This document shows positions 51,942 through 64,000 of a stretch of DNA of 64,000 bases, one piece after another. The DNA comes from Microthyrium microscopicum. Its lineage: Eukaryota. A program made the position numbers and the translations under genes. Under the pieces are notes generated by a model. The model made no database searches, was not told the origin of the DNA, and saw only the letters and a program-made list of their open reading frames with translations. The DNA lies in NCBI GenBank assembly GCA_010405405.1, contig MU004231.1, forward strand, positions 794,153-858,152. Direction: 5' to 3'. Position 1 is the stretch's first letter, and each line of letters begins with the position of its first letter.

Positions 51942-53851
51942 TACAGGCGTTCCCGAGAAGGAGAAGGCAAAATGTACAGCCGAGGTGTGGAGTATTCAGA
52001 TCTTGAGGTGACATCCGACCAGGATCACCGACGCTAGCCGGTGGAGTTTTCCCCAACTTGGACTGCAGGTGTTGGTGGCGTGGGTTGGCGACAGGAGCGA
52101 AGTGAGAAAGGAAAGGCAACCTGCAGGAGCTTTGGTCGACTTCAACTTCAAAGTTCAGAGTGATCTGCAACCTCAAGCCAGTGCGCAGAGCTCGTGTGCA
52201 CGGTAAAGTCAAGGGTTGCTGATGGTCCAAGGTTGCTACCAGGTAAAGTTGAGCGACTCGAACATTGCTGACCTGGCGTTTGGCGTGCGGGGCTGGCAAA
52301 AACCACTTGAACTGCCAGAATTGTACTGTGAGTTGAGCTGTATGGTATGTAGTACTACTGGTAGTATTAGGTACTTCAACGATCGTAGGACACATGCATA
52401 TAAGACGAATACTTGTACTCGATCCTCGTGTTACTCTCTCTTATCATTGAGCGCCGTGCAGTGTCCCCGCGCCAAAGTTTAAACTGATCATATTGAACAT
52501 TGATCGATCCATTGGGCGATACCATCATGGTCCATACAACCACTAGCTTTGCCCATTTGATAACTGGCGTGGTTGTTGGATGCGCGCTAGCTATCTCTCG
52601 GCTCGTATCTTTGTCAAAGAGGAGTGATACGAACTTCACACGATGCTGACCATGTCAGTATTACTCCGTACAGTCACTGATATCTACGAGTACCACCTCA
52701 GGGTTAGAAGGGGCTTTCAAGCAGGACATTTACTGATATCAAGAAAAACAAATGTTGTTCATCTGGTTTTATTTTGTCCGTTGCAGTGCGGTTAGAGATG
52801 ATTTTGGCCATGGTTACAATCTTTATCTTATGGCTAAAAGTCGATGCAACACTACAAGTTCGGATGTCTAACGATCCAATCACCAAATGCAAAGACATGC
52901 AAGGAGATTGGGAAGCTTTGCAGCTAAACTGGTGGCGCTGGCTTCAGAAGCATTTCAGCGATGCTGATTGCTCAGAATGGCGGGAGGAACATTTAGTGAG
53001 AACGGCGACTTGTCTCTTTTGAGCCTTTGCGATCAGCCACTGACGACCTTCTGCATCCCAATATCTACCCCATCGAGTTATCAACGACAAATTCCAGACA
53101 CTTTTTGGTGTTTACAACTACATCTTTCTTCCAAGGTCTTGATATTTGATTAGTCCTTGGTGGTGAACTAGCGAAATGTATGCTATTTGGACTGAACAAA
53201 TACGTTACAAAATGCTATCTTTGACATATTCAGTTAGTCTGGGAAAGATCGCCAGCGTCCGTAACTTTGATAGCCATCAATTGTCTGTGCATAATATGTC
53301 CAGCACCAATTGACCATTCGCCCGGGACTGTCGCATGCATGCCACCCTTCTCTTTTGGCATCCCTGGTTCGGTGTCCCCCGTAGCCTTGGTCGACAATTG
53401 ATTCGCTGGTGGATTGATTCGACACCAAAATGTCATGGGGGTGGCACTGATGCTCAGGCCATGCGAGTCGGCCTCCCCTCTCCACAAGGGATCGTCAAGG
53501 TTGAGGCAAAACTACGAATTACATGCGGTTATTTGGTGATATGACCCGTTAGCTTCAGAGCTCCAATGAACCATTAGTCTGATGGCCTGTTGAGGATCCG
53601 ACATGGCGCTCCCGGCCTGTCTAATCCAGAATGTAGATAAGGGTGCTGGTTCTCCCACCTCTGAAGCATCTCCCAGTCTGATATTCAGATAATCTTCTCC
53701 CAACATCTGCTAGCTCTCACTTCTGGAAAGAGGGGCACACTTGTTGAAGCTCTCCTTTTAAACCCTGCGCGGTTTTTACCTTACTACCACTGGACAACTT
53801 GCGAGTGGTTATTGTTATCAGCCTGGTCGTCACAACCTGTGACCTGTGACA

Positions 53852-55830
53852 ATGTCTCACGAAAAGACCCCCGAAAGCATCCATGAGGATTCATCCCATG
53901 GCATGCGAAAATCGAGTATTGGCGAGGATTTCCTTGCAGAGCCTGGCTTTGAAGCGCCGACAGAGGAGGAGCTATTGACCCTTCGCCGTGTCTCCGATAA
54001 GATTCCAGTAAAAGCTTTCACAATCGCTTTTGTTGAATTGGTAGAGCGGTTATCTTACTATGGCTGTGTTCAGGTATGTATCAATAAACTCAATATTGGA
54101 AACTCGATTAACTGTTTGGTAGGTGTACAGCAACTATATCCAGTTTGACCGACCTGGCACTGCTACAGGCAAAGCGCTTGATCCAAATGCCTCGGACGCT
54201 CAACCAGGTTTCCTTGGCTACCAGCAACGAGTTGCCAATGGAATCACAACACTTAATCAGTTCTGGGTTTACCTCATACCGCTATTTGGCGCTTATGTCG
54301 CAGACACATACTGGGGCCGTTTCAAGACAATCTGGGTGTCTGTTCTGATCGCCATCGTGGGACACATTATCCTCATCTGTTCAGCTATTCCCAGTCTTAT
54401 CGACAATTCGGGCAGAGGTGGTGCTATGGCAGTTTTCATCATTGGTATGCTCATTATGGGCATCGGTACTGGTGGATTCAAGCCAAATATCTCCCCTCTC
54501 ATTGCCGAACAGATCCCTCATGAGCGCATTTTTGTCAAGACCTTGAAGTCTGGCGAGCGCGTCATTGTGGACCCGGCAGTTACCATCTCCCGAGTCTACA
54601 ACTGGTTCTACTTATTCATCAACATTGGTGCATTGGTCGGTCAGATCTCAATGGCCTACGCAGAGAGATATGTCGGATTCTGGCTGTCTTTCTTACTTCC
54701 CACCATCGCTTTCGTCGTCACGCTTCCGGTGCTCTTCTTCTGCCGAAATATGTACAAGAGATCCCCACCCACAGGTAGCGTTCTAGGACCAGCATTCAAA
54801 CTTCTCATGTACGGATTGAAAAAAAACATTTCTGCCAATCCAGTCAAGTCTTACAAGCGCATGACCGATGGAGGCTTTTGGGACAGAATCAAGCCATCAG
54901 TCTTCGCTCCTGGTACCCGCCCAAAATGGATGACATTCGACGATGCCTGGGTTTCTGAAGTAGCTCGTGGTTTTGCTGCGTGCAAAGTATTCGTCTGGGT
55001 AAGCTGCTCAAAACGTAGACAAGTGATGAAATATATACTAATGGAAGCAGTACCCTCTATGGTGGTTAACATACAACCAAATTAACAACAACTTGACCGC
55101 TCAAGCAGCACAAATGGAGCTACACGGTGTTCCCAACGACGTAATCAGCAACCTTGATCCTTTCGCACTGATCATCCTCATTCCGGTTTGCGATGTGCTT
55201 ATCTATCCTTTCCTCCGCAAGATTGGTATCAATTTCTCGCCAATCAAGCGTATGTTTGCTGGCTTCATGGTCGGTGCGATGGCTATGATCTGGGCTTGCG
55301 TACTTCAAGCTTACATGTAAGTTCCAAAATTTCCATCCGACCTTTGTTTATGAACTCTCGTGCTGACAGAAAATAGCTACAAGAAAAGTCCTTGCGGCGA
55401 TTTCGCCAGTGACTGCGATGCTGGCAAAGCCACGATCAACGTCTGGGCGCAAACAGGATCTTACATTCTCATTGCTCTGTCCGAGATTTTTGCCTCCATC
55501 ACTTCCCTCGAATACGCCTTCTCCAAGGCTCCAAAGAACATGCGATCCATGGTTATGGCCGTAGCTTTGTTCACCAGCGCGTTGGCTGCTGCTCTTGGCG
55601 AAGCTTTTACCTCCGTCTCACAAGATCCTCTTCTCGTATGGAACTACGGATCAATGGCTGTCATTTCTTTCGTCGCTGGAATTCTCTTCATATTCATGTT
55701 CTGGAGTTTGGACAAGCAAGAAGATGCTCTTAACGCTCTGCCCACTGGTCATGTCCGCCGTGAGCAATTGGATGAAGAAGGTGGTCTTCCTATGCCTGTT
55801 GATAAGGCACTTGCGCCGGAGAAGTTTTAG
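53852..55830 (+). CDS. PTR2: POT/PTR family proton-dependent di/tripeptide transporter, 4 exons
   Basis: ELVERLSYYG (ExxER motif), PLFGAYVADTYWGRFKTI, GIGTGGFKPNISPLIAEQ, FYLFINIGAL, GVPNDVISNLDP, SEIFASITSLEYAFSKAPKNMRS. Confidence 0.95.
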
Positions 55831-57184
55831 AATTTTCAGTGTTTGGAAATTGTAAATCTAGCGTTTGTTTTGTTGACGTTGGAAAGATACCAGTTGTAAC
55901 GTTGCCGTCGGTGGCATTAAAACAGATTAGACACCATCGTGGAACTCTTATGCTTGATGAAGCTTGAGATAATGTTAATGACAAAGAGAATGATTCTGAA
56001 TGTTTTTCTTCAAACACCGTGAAATATAGAGCGCGCCTGCTGCTTCATTCTACTGTATTGCCATGGACGAAGCTGGATTTTCCAGAGTAGTGCTCGAAGT
56101 AGCATTCATGTTGGCCATATCAAGCCGGTACAAACAATTTGACGGGAAGGAAATACCGACGGAGGTGTCTCGGCATTCAGGGGAAACTCTGCCAGAAACA
56201 GATCCGATCTCGTTGCGGCTGCCACATCGGTCCCAAGATCTCTGTCTTCGGATCATTAAGTTCGTCGCGTGCTCTTTCAGGAACCATACATGTGCGGCGG
56301 GTTCGTTGCCGTGAGCCAGCAGAATGGACCTCCGTCTTTACCGCCTCGATCGGTCCCATGTTCCTGCTAGTGTGACATGACCGCCTTTTCGACCCGTGGA
56401 CAATGATGACAGCATTCTGAAATTATTACAAAGTCTAGATCAATGAGATGAACTCTATGGATATCGATAAGCATTCAAGTGTGTGATATAGGGATAGGGC
56501 GTCGATGGGTGCGCTAGAAGGGCTAATCGATCTTCCGAGAGTATATTGGGGTTTCTATGCTTCAGCGAACATCAAGCTCTGTATAGATCTAATTCTTAAT
56601 ATGTTCCAATTACGGCCAATGCTTAGTCCACCTGTGGTCCTACAGTATGAAAGCTTGTAGGTTTTGTTTCTAGTGCTGAACACGAGGGCGAAGGTGGATA
56701 TATCGCATGGTTGGCGGCTTCGAAACAATGCGGAATGATTCCAAAAATCAGGTATCAGGTCGGTTGATGGTACGCTTGTTCAAGGATAGCGTGGATACTG
56801 GTGTTGAGTTTGTTGAGAGTAAGACTGCCTGCCTTGGTGTTGAAGATGTTGTCTTGAATGACTCGACGCCACCAACCACGACTAGCCAGTCACAATGCAT
56901 ACAACAAGTCAGCCTAAAGAGGTGGCGGGCGGTCAAGGATAGATTGCGGGGATTAAAGGCCTCTTCGGATCAGAGCCATGGGTACTTTGGCACTGACATC
57001 CTCAAGGGCATTCTTGATTGCTTAAAGTCCTTCCCTTGACATTTGCTTCGCTCACCCAGCAGCTTGTATTGTCGTATTACTTGTCGTTGTAGTTTTACGC
57101 ACATATTCGCATCATATCTTCAGCGCTCGTTCCATTCGAGCTGTTCCTGTTGTTTACGCATTCTTTGTTGTGCCTACGATCATT

Positions 57185-58416
57185 ATGAGGCTCTCTCAAG
57201 CTCTATTAGTTGGCGCGGCATCGACCGCATTCGCTGCGCCGCGGATAACAGACTATCAACTTTACCAAGGCCTTGTCGAGCAAGACACTAACAATGCTCC
57301 TGTTGAGAGGTTTCTGGTTGAGACAGCGCCAGGTGTGACAAAGTGGGTAACTGAGGAGGACAAACTAGAGATGCTTCGAGTGAGTAAGACCCAGTCTGGA
57401 GACCAATTACTTTCGCTAATGTCCCGTAGAATGATATCAACTTTATGGATATCACCGAGCATCAAGACTTTGCAACACCCGTCCGCGTTGCCAATCAAGG
57501 AAAAGTCAAGTTCCCGAGCGCAGCTGCTAAGCAATCCGGCGTGAAACCGTTGCTACCAAAGCTATCGATCGATCCTATGAAAGAGAACCTCGCAAAGTTT
57601 TCAAGCTTTTACACTCGTTACTACAAGTCATCGTATGGAGCCGAGTCGTCGAAATGGCTACAGGGAAAGATTGCCGACACCGTGAAGGAGTCCAAGGCAG
57701 AAAAACTTGTGCAAATAAAGCCATTTGACCATCCATGGGGACAGAGCAGCATCATTGCGACCATTCCCGGCAAGTCCAACAAAACGGTCGTAATCGGGGC
57801 GCACCAGGATAGCATCAACATGTTCTTCCCAACCATGCTTCCAGCACCTGGCGCCGACGATGATGGCTCCGGCACCGTAACCATCCTTGAGGCATTGCGC
57901 GTTCTTCTCCAGGACCCAGATATCCTCGCAGGCAAGGCAGCCAACACTCTCGAATTCCACTGGTACTCTGCAGAAGAAGGCGGACTTCTCGGCTCCCAGG
58001 CCATTTTCCAATCATACCAGAAAGCTGGCCGCGATGTTCGCGCTATGCTGCAGCAGGATATGACCGGCTTCATCAAGCGCACGATAGCGGCAGGCAAGAA
58101 GGAAGCGCTTGGTGTCATCACTGACTTTGTCGATCCTGACCTTACAACTTTCATTCAGAAAGTTATCACTGAATACTGCGACATCCCATACGTCTTGACC
58201 AAGTGCGGATATGCTTGCAGTGACCATGCCAGCGCAAGCAAGGCTGGTTATCCTAGCGCATTCGTCATCGAGGGGGAGATGGATTTGACGCATGATGGTA
58301 TTCATACTGACAAGGACACCATCGACCTTGTTGATTTTGGACATATGTTGCAGCATGCGAAGTTGACGCTTGGGTTGGCATATGAGCTGGCTTTTGCTGA
58401 TCTTGAAATGTCGTAG
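57185..58416 (+). CDS. LAP1: Secreted M28-family leucine aminopeptidase (Lap1-type), 2 exons
   Basis: Signal peptide [75 protein letters not shown]. Confidence 0.92.
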
Positions 58417-58703
58417 CGCTGCCTGCTTGACTTTGGCATGTGATGAATGTGTATAATTATCTTGAGAAAGAGCATATATATTAGAAATGAGGGAATTGGT
58501 TATACGAGAGCTGGCTTAAGGAATCGGAGGAGATGTTGATGATATCCTATGACGCATATTACCGATTTAAATATGAATGAAAGATTTTAAGAGATGACTG
58601 CATATATGCTAATATTTGTACAATGAGTATTTCGCTGCTAAGAGACAATCGATGGCCTTCCCAATCTCTGGCAAAGGCCATTACTATGGAAAGCGTCATA
58701 TCG

Positions 58704-59676
58704 TTATACGACAATCTCGCCCTTCCATGTAGCCTCTGTGAGTCCCAGAGTACGGATGAGGTTTTGCCACCGTGGTCCACCCCTTTCTTTTCTCACAAGA
58801 TACTTGAGCAGCTTCTGCCTCTTGTGAACCATAAGGCGAAGGTTTCGCTTGTTATGGTGATCCTTATGTCCTCTCTCTTGAATAAAGTTGGCAAGGTTCC
58901 TGATCTTCGCTGTTAGAACAGCAATCTGGACTTCAGACGACCCAACATCCACACCCGCTCGGAACTTTTCTGCTCTTTCTTTCCCATCCTTTCCTGCAAG
59001 AACCGCGTCCGTGTTGTGCCGACCGAACGTCTGAATACATGTTTGTATGTTGACCCGTCGAAGATCTTTGAGATTACCCGCCTCCAGTTTTACAATTCGC
59101 TCAATTGCTACTTTCGCTCGCTCATGCTCGGCTTGATGTCGCTCTTCCCGGAGCGCCTTTTCCTCTTCCATGCGTTGCTCATATTCCTCTCTTGTTTCCA
59201 CAGGAAGCTGCTCTGGTCTGAGTATATCGGTGCTGGTAAGGTGCTTTGAGCGTGCGAGTTGCTGATCCAGTTGTTCTTGTGTGAGATGGAAGTTTAGTCT
59301 TTTATCGGCATTCTCTCTCGCAAGCTGGAGAGCTTCCTCTGTCGCGATGATACTCTCGTCATAGGTCTTCGGCGGATCGAACGATTGGAGAAATCGTGTT
59401 GTTAGGCCACGAACTGGATTGGTGCCTGGCTTCGGTGGGGGTTCATCCTTTGACTTCTTCCCCCGAGACTTTAGCGCTGCGGAATGCGCTTGTTTTTGGC
59501 GATCAACGTATTGGTTCGTGGCTGCTTGATGGTTGGAGTATGAAGTGAAGGTTCGGATAGGCAGGTCGCGACATGGTCGCTTGTGAACTTCAGAAAGTTA
59601 GGCAATGGCTATAGGTGAGAGTATGAGCACACTTACATATATCTGCCCTTAATGGGACTGGTATTCGTGGTGGCAT
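58704..59676 (-). CDS. MRPS28: Mitochondrial ribosomal protein uS15m (MRPS28), 2 exons
   Basis: MPPRIP.. N-terminus, intron, then IQTFGRHNTD..DVGSSEVQIAVLTAKIRNLA..KDHHNKRNLRLMVHKRQKLLKYL (S15 domain). Confidence 0.9.
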
Positions 59677-59961
59677 TGGGGATGTAATGCGTTCTTCATC
59701 CTTCACGAACCCAACTTTTTTCTCCCATTGCATGGGGGACGAAGGTTAAAACTGCTATGTAAGCAGTAATATTTAGATCAAGTAGCGTATTGTAAGTCTT
59801 GAGCCAGAAGTAGTTAGACCGGCGCTAGCCCAAGTTTCGCTTAGCGTCTCTGGACCTGCACACAACTCCAAAATCCTCAATTGCGAAATTCCTCCCACCT
59901 CGACAACATTTCCACTTCGTTCACTCTTCACTTTGTCAAACCGCTTGTTCTAGTCGCAATC

Positions 59962-60925
59962 ATGGCGTCCAAGAATCTGCCCGCGCTCTTCAATCCTACG
60001 TCGCAGGACATTGAGCAACTGCTCGCTGCCTCTGCGCATCTCGGCAGCAAGAATATCCAGGTATGAAGGTATAAAATTCATTCCACCCAATTATAACTAA
60101 TTTTGCTCTCAGACTCATATGGAACCTTACCTCTGGAAGACCCGTCCAGATGGAATCAACATCATCAACATCTCCAAGACCTGGGAGAAGATTGTCCTCG
60201 CTGCCCGTATTATTGTCGCCGTCGACAACCCCGCCGACATCTGTGTTATTTCAGCTCGTCCATACGGTCAACGTGCCGTTCTCAAGTTCGCTGCCCACAC
60301 CGGTGCCGTCGCCATTGCTGGTCGCTTTACTCCCGGTAACTTCACCAACTACATCACTCGCTCCTTCAAGGAACCACGCTTGATCATTGTCACCGACCCA
60401 CGCACCGACGCCCAGGCCATCAAGGAAGCATCATACGTTAACATTCCAGTCATTGCTCTCTGCGACACCGATTCTCCCACTGAATACGTCGATGTGGCCA
60501 TTCCGGTCAACAACAAGGCTCGCCTCTCTATTGGATTGGCTTGGTGGATGTTGGCCCGTGAGGTCCTCCGTCTCCGTGGCACCATTGCCTCCCGTGACAC
60601 CGAGTGGGATGTCATGCCCGATCTGTACTTCTACCGCGATGCTGAGGCGGAGGACCAGAAGGAGGCTGCTGCTGAAGAGAAGGTCCCAGGTGCCGAAGAA
60701 GCTCCTGGCTTTGGAGACGAGTGGGCTGCCGGTGCTTCCGGTGCTGGTGGAGCTTTCGCCGCAGCTAATACCTCCGGCGCTGGCGGAGCCGGCGGCTGGG
60801 ACGCTGACGGTGCTACTGACTGGGCTGCTGGTGGTTCTACTGAGCCTGCAGCCGCTACCGATGACTGGGCTGCTGCTTCTGCTCCTCCAGCTACTGGTAG
60901 TGGAGATGCTGCTGCCAACTGGTAA
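59962..60925 (+). CDS. RPS0: 40S ribosomal protein uS2 (S0/SA), 2 exons
   Basis: [82 protein letters not shown]; acidic/Trp-repeat tail. Confidence 0.98.
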
Positions 60926-63056
60926 GGGAGGAAAACATGCTTGTGAAAATCAGGAAGCTAGAAGGGGAGCAAAACGATGTTTTGCAGTAGGTTTGATTGA
61001 TACAAAAACGTGGCAAAGGCAGCCTTGGAACAAAACTGGCCGCACTAATGAGGGAAAGATACTTGTCAATTCATTGGCGGGGGAAAGCCCTGTGTGGTGG
61101 TCTGGGAAGTACTTGAACGTTGCCCTTCCATAGCAATGCTTAGCTTACTGTTTTACAAATCTACCAGTATTGTGTTGAACCGATGTTTACCTTTAAGCTT
61201 ACGCCAGCTGGCTCATCTATGCTCACGCAGGCAAGCAAGTATATCGTCTAGTTTCGTCCTACACCACTGCAGAGCCACCCAGTTCTTTTTTCTTTTAAAC
61301 ACATCGGAGCAAGGTTTGAAATTATGTGATATCAGTTTAAGAGGAAATCACCTCCTAATGTACCTGAATTGCTGTAGATGGGTATGAAGAGTTACATGTG
61401 GCGAGCGGCAGAGGAAAGCATACTTTGCAAAGGTTACCTAAAGCCAATATTTGTCTTGAGGGAGCTGACGGGAGCTGTCCGATTCGATAATTGGTATTGA
61501 CAGTTCTAACATCAGTGTTGTATCCGCTGCATGCCCTTGGAGATCGATCTGATCTGATCGCGATTGGCTGAGGTTGGCCCTTAACAGATTTTCGTCTCAG
61601 TTCTTGGTTGTTGACTGCCATCATTGATCTCCATGAGCTTCTGGAGCTTTCTCACAGCTCGAGCTGTGAGCTATCTTTAGTTCGCGAGGGTCCCACGCTT
61701 TTCAAGGAAACAAACGGTCCAGCTTTGCCTCAGAAGAAGGTTGCTGTTTCGAAACCTTGACGCGCGCCTCTGCAGGGGCTTGCAGATTGCGACACTAGAG
61801 TCGTTTCTTGGGGCTGGGGGCCTGTCAACTTCACCTCACTTGCTCGACTCAGCTCAGCGACTTTACGAGCATTTGATTGCAATATTTCTGAAGGTTTGCA
61901 TACGGGTGGAGACCTAAAGCTGTCGATACGCGCAAGGACAGAATTGGTTTGACAAGGCCAGTCGCGGATATCCGCTTTCGGATCGCTTTCCGGGTCGCCT
62001 TGATGGCGCAGGATGCTCTGTCATCCCACCATGCTGTCCTACCAGTCCAGCATCGCGCGTTGGCCGATGAAGAAATCAGATGGCGTGGATAGCTGCGCCC
62101 ATTGAAATAGGGAAATGCTAAAGTTGCAAGGAGGGGCAAGTCATGTCATCATCAGCATATAGTTGCAAAAGCGTCTTTGTGGCGGCTGTCAGAATGGTAT
62201 GTGTGGTGAATTGGCCAACGCCAGGGCAAGTCAGTGTCAGGTCTCAGCATTTCTAGCATCCCCTCAGAGCTTCATACCTACATGCTCCCGCAGTAGATCG
62301 ATAGGCTGCAAACATACAGGCCCCTACTGAGACACAGGATTTCAATCTCATTCTGAGAGCGTCCCCACCCTAGCGGTTCCTGGAGATCCTGCAATTGGGC
62401 CCTGTTAGGTGTCCGAGTCGCTGGATCATGGCCATGGCATCCCATCCACGCGTGGTCGAAATTACAGTCCGAGCAAAGACCAAAAGCGACAAAGCGTGGC
62501 TATTAAATGTCTCGTGTGTCGCGGGCAATACAGCTAGATTCAATAGACTGAATCTGTTCATAAAGAAAGGATGCATGGCGGCGCGCCCAGCAGCAGCCGA
62601 CGGCTAGTGATGAAGGACAAGGTGTAACAGGTTACCCAACAATGCTTCCTAGGGATCAAAGGTATACTATTGCCCCGTAGCCTCGTAATGGTAGCTATAC
62701 GCTGAATGTTGCTGATGTCCATCAGTGTCGCATGTTGTACATAGCTGTCCCGCGGCCCAGACTTAGAACTGCTAGGTAAGGCAGGTACCCTCCAGACTCT
62801 CCCACACGTAGTTTCTGTAGTTGGGAATGTTTCTTGTTCGCCCCTGCCGTTTTTTGACCTGCTCCTACCTATCGTGTCTCTCGTTCCTTCCAAATCAACT
62901 GCTGCCTCCCACCTTTAGTCTCAACTGCGAACCTCGCACCTCCCGTTACCTCTTTCTAACCTCCGTCCGGCGTCAACCAACTGTGGAATCTGGATCTGTC
63001 TGAACATCGACTATTTCAACTATTCTCCTGGAGGCGAGCTATCCAATGACTAGACA

Positions 63057-64000
63057 ATGAGCTCGAGAACCATTACCAGTGTGGTCACCTCCGACACCAT
63101 AGCCTTGAACGCTGCTGTGTTCGGTTATGCGGGACATTCGCTCGTCACGCCCCACTCGGCCATCAAGCAGATATGGTGGACCGAAGAACGCATTCAGGCC
63201 AAAGTCACGAGAGACTTTATCGTCTCTAAGCTTCGTCCAGACGAGCGCGCCCAGCTTGATCAGCCCGTTTCGTTTGGTAGCGAGCTCACCGACGCTACCT
63301 ACATTGACTGGATCCTTGACAAGACGAAGCGACTCTTTCTGATTCTGGTTGAAGTTGGCGTGCCAGATCAGATCTTTGGTGCCATTGACGATGTCTGGGA
63401 CGACCATGATCTCCCGATACCTCTGGAAGATGTCGACAAACTGGCATTATCCTGGAAAAATGACGAGACCCTGAATCGAAAATTCTATTCTACTCAATAT
63501 TCATTTCTCCTCCGACCACTCACGGAGGACGCTCATATCAAATATGGACCAAATGAAGTGATTCCCCTCGAATATGTTCACCGACTCCCGCCAGCGGCAA
63601 TTCTCCAAAGCTGGCTGAAAATGCATTTACCTAAAGAACCAAATGAAATATACGTCCGTAGAAAGGTTAACCTGGGAGCGACTGGAGACAAAGTTGATCC
63701 AACCAAGGAGGCTCAATTTCTTGCCGACATACAAAAGGCACGATTGATCCAACATAAACACATTGCTTTCGTGTGGGCTTCATATACTTCCAAAGGAAAT
63801 GGCTTCTTCCTCACAACCTTCGAAGCCGAACATACATTAAAGTCTTTCATTGATTTCCGTTCCGCAGCATCTCTTCAGAAACTTACCAAAACCCAACGAA
63901 ACGAGACTCTTCTCACCTGGCTTCACTGTCTTGCGGATGCCCTGGCATCTATCCATGATCAAGGAATGTATCACTGCGCCATTACTCCATCCAACATCCT
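63057..64000 (+). CDS. Protein-kinase-like protein, probably a pseudokinase; truncated by window end
   Basis: Open frame from ATG 63057 to the end of the window: WWTEERIQAKVT..TYIDWIL..RLFLILVEVGVPDQIFGAIDD..WDDHDLP, then IQHKHIAFVWASY and LTWLHCLADALASIHDQGMYHCAITPSNI (kinase subdomains IV and VIa/VIb). Confidence 0.8.
   Translation, partial: MSSRTITSVVTSDTIALNAAVFGYAGHSLVTPHSAIKQIWWTEERIQAKVTRDFIVSKLRPDERAQLDQPVSFGSELTDATYIDWILDKTKRLFLILVEVGVPDQIFGAIDDVWDDHDLPIPLEDVDKLALSWKNDETLNRKFYSTQYSFLLRPLTEDAHIKYGPNEVIPLEYVHRLPPAAILQSWLKMHLPKEPNEIYVRRKVNLGATGDKVDPTKEAQFLADIQKARLIQHKHIAFVWASYTSKGNGFFLTTFEAEHTLKSFIDFRSAASLQKLTKTQRNETLLTWLHCLADALASIHDQGMYHCAITPSNI

Noticed and set aside
51944..53500. 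Short ORFs right of the Tc1 element
   Set aside because: No domain evidence and no coherent splice model.
56050..57040. Small ORFs between PTR2 and LAP1
   Set aside because: Fragmentary frames with no recognisable product.
60387..61133. 248-aa alternative-frame ORF over RPS0, and other antisense/shifted ORFs over CRM1, LAP1, PTR2 and the Ras GEF
   Set aside because: Shadow ORFs expected from codon bias of the real genes.
61094..62900. Possible minus-strand gene downstream of RPS0
   Set aside because: Frames are interrupted and no family could be recognised.
1..64000. CRISPR arrays, rRNA/tRNA genes, prokaryotic defence systems
   Set aside because: Fungal nuclear DNA; no repeat-spacer array or recognisable structural RNA seen (a tRNAscan/Infernal run would be needed to exclude small RNAs).

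Overview
Eukaryotic DNA from a filamentous ascomycete fungus: short GT-AG introns with CTAAC/CTAAT-type branch points, and AT-rich repeats with the C->T/G->A (TpA-rich) signature of Repeat-Induced Point mutation (RIP). Left end: an orphan multi-exon gene and an SH3-REM-CDC25 Ras GEF. About 10.1-22.3 kb: a gene-free DNA-transposon island with two RIP-inactivated Mutator-like elements, a RIP-inactivated PIF/Harbinger element and two un-RIPed MITEs. About 23-44.4 kb: a dense block of conserved genes (PSF2, ALG10, CRM1/XPO1, NUC-2/PHO81, a small membrane protein, COA1, NAA10/ARD1, an SDR, a complex I 21.3-kDa subunit, a Zip3/RNF212-like RING protein). About 45-52 kb: an accessory patch with an intronless QIP/Gfd2-like DEDDh exonuclease (Cys/His clusters, ~12-aa repeats, RGG tail ending GRGW), a decayed tandem partial duplicate of it, and a RIPed Tc1/mariner element. 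Right end: PTR2, a secreted M28 leucine aminopeptidase, divergent MRPS28/RPS0, and a probable pseudokinase running off the window. The most unusual locus is the exonuclease/duplicate pair, a candidate RNA-silencing or genome-defence module. All family calls come from motifs read by eye; no database search was run.
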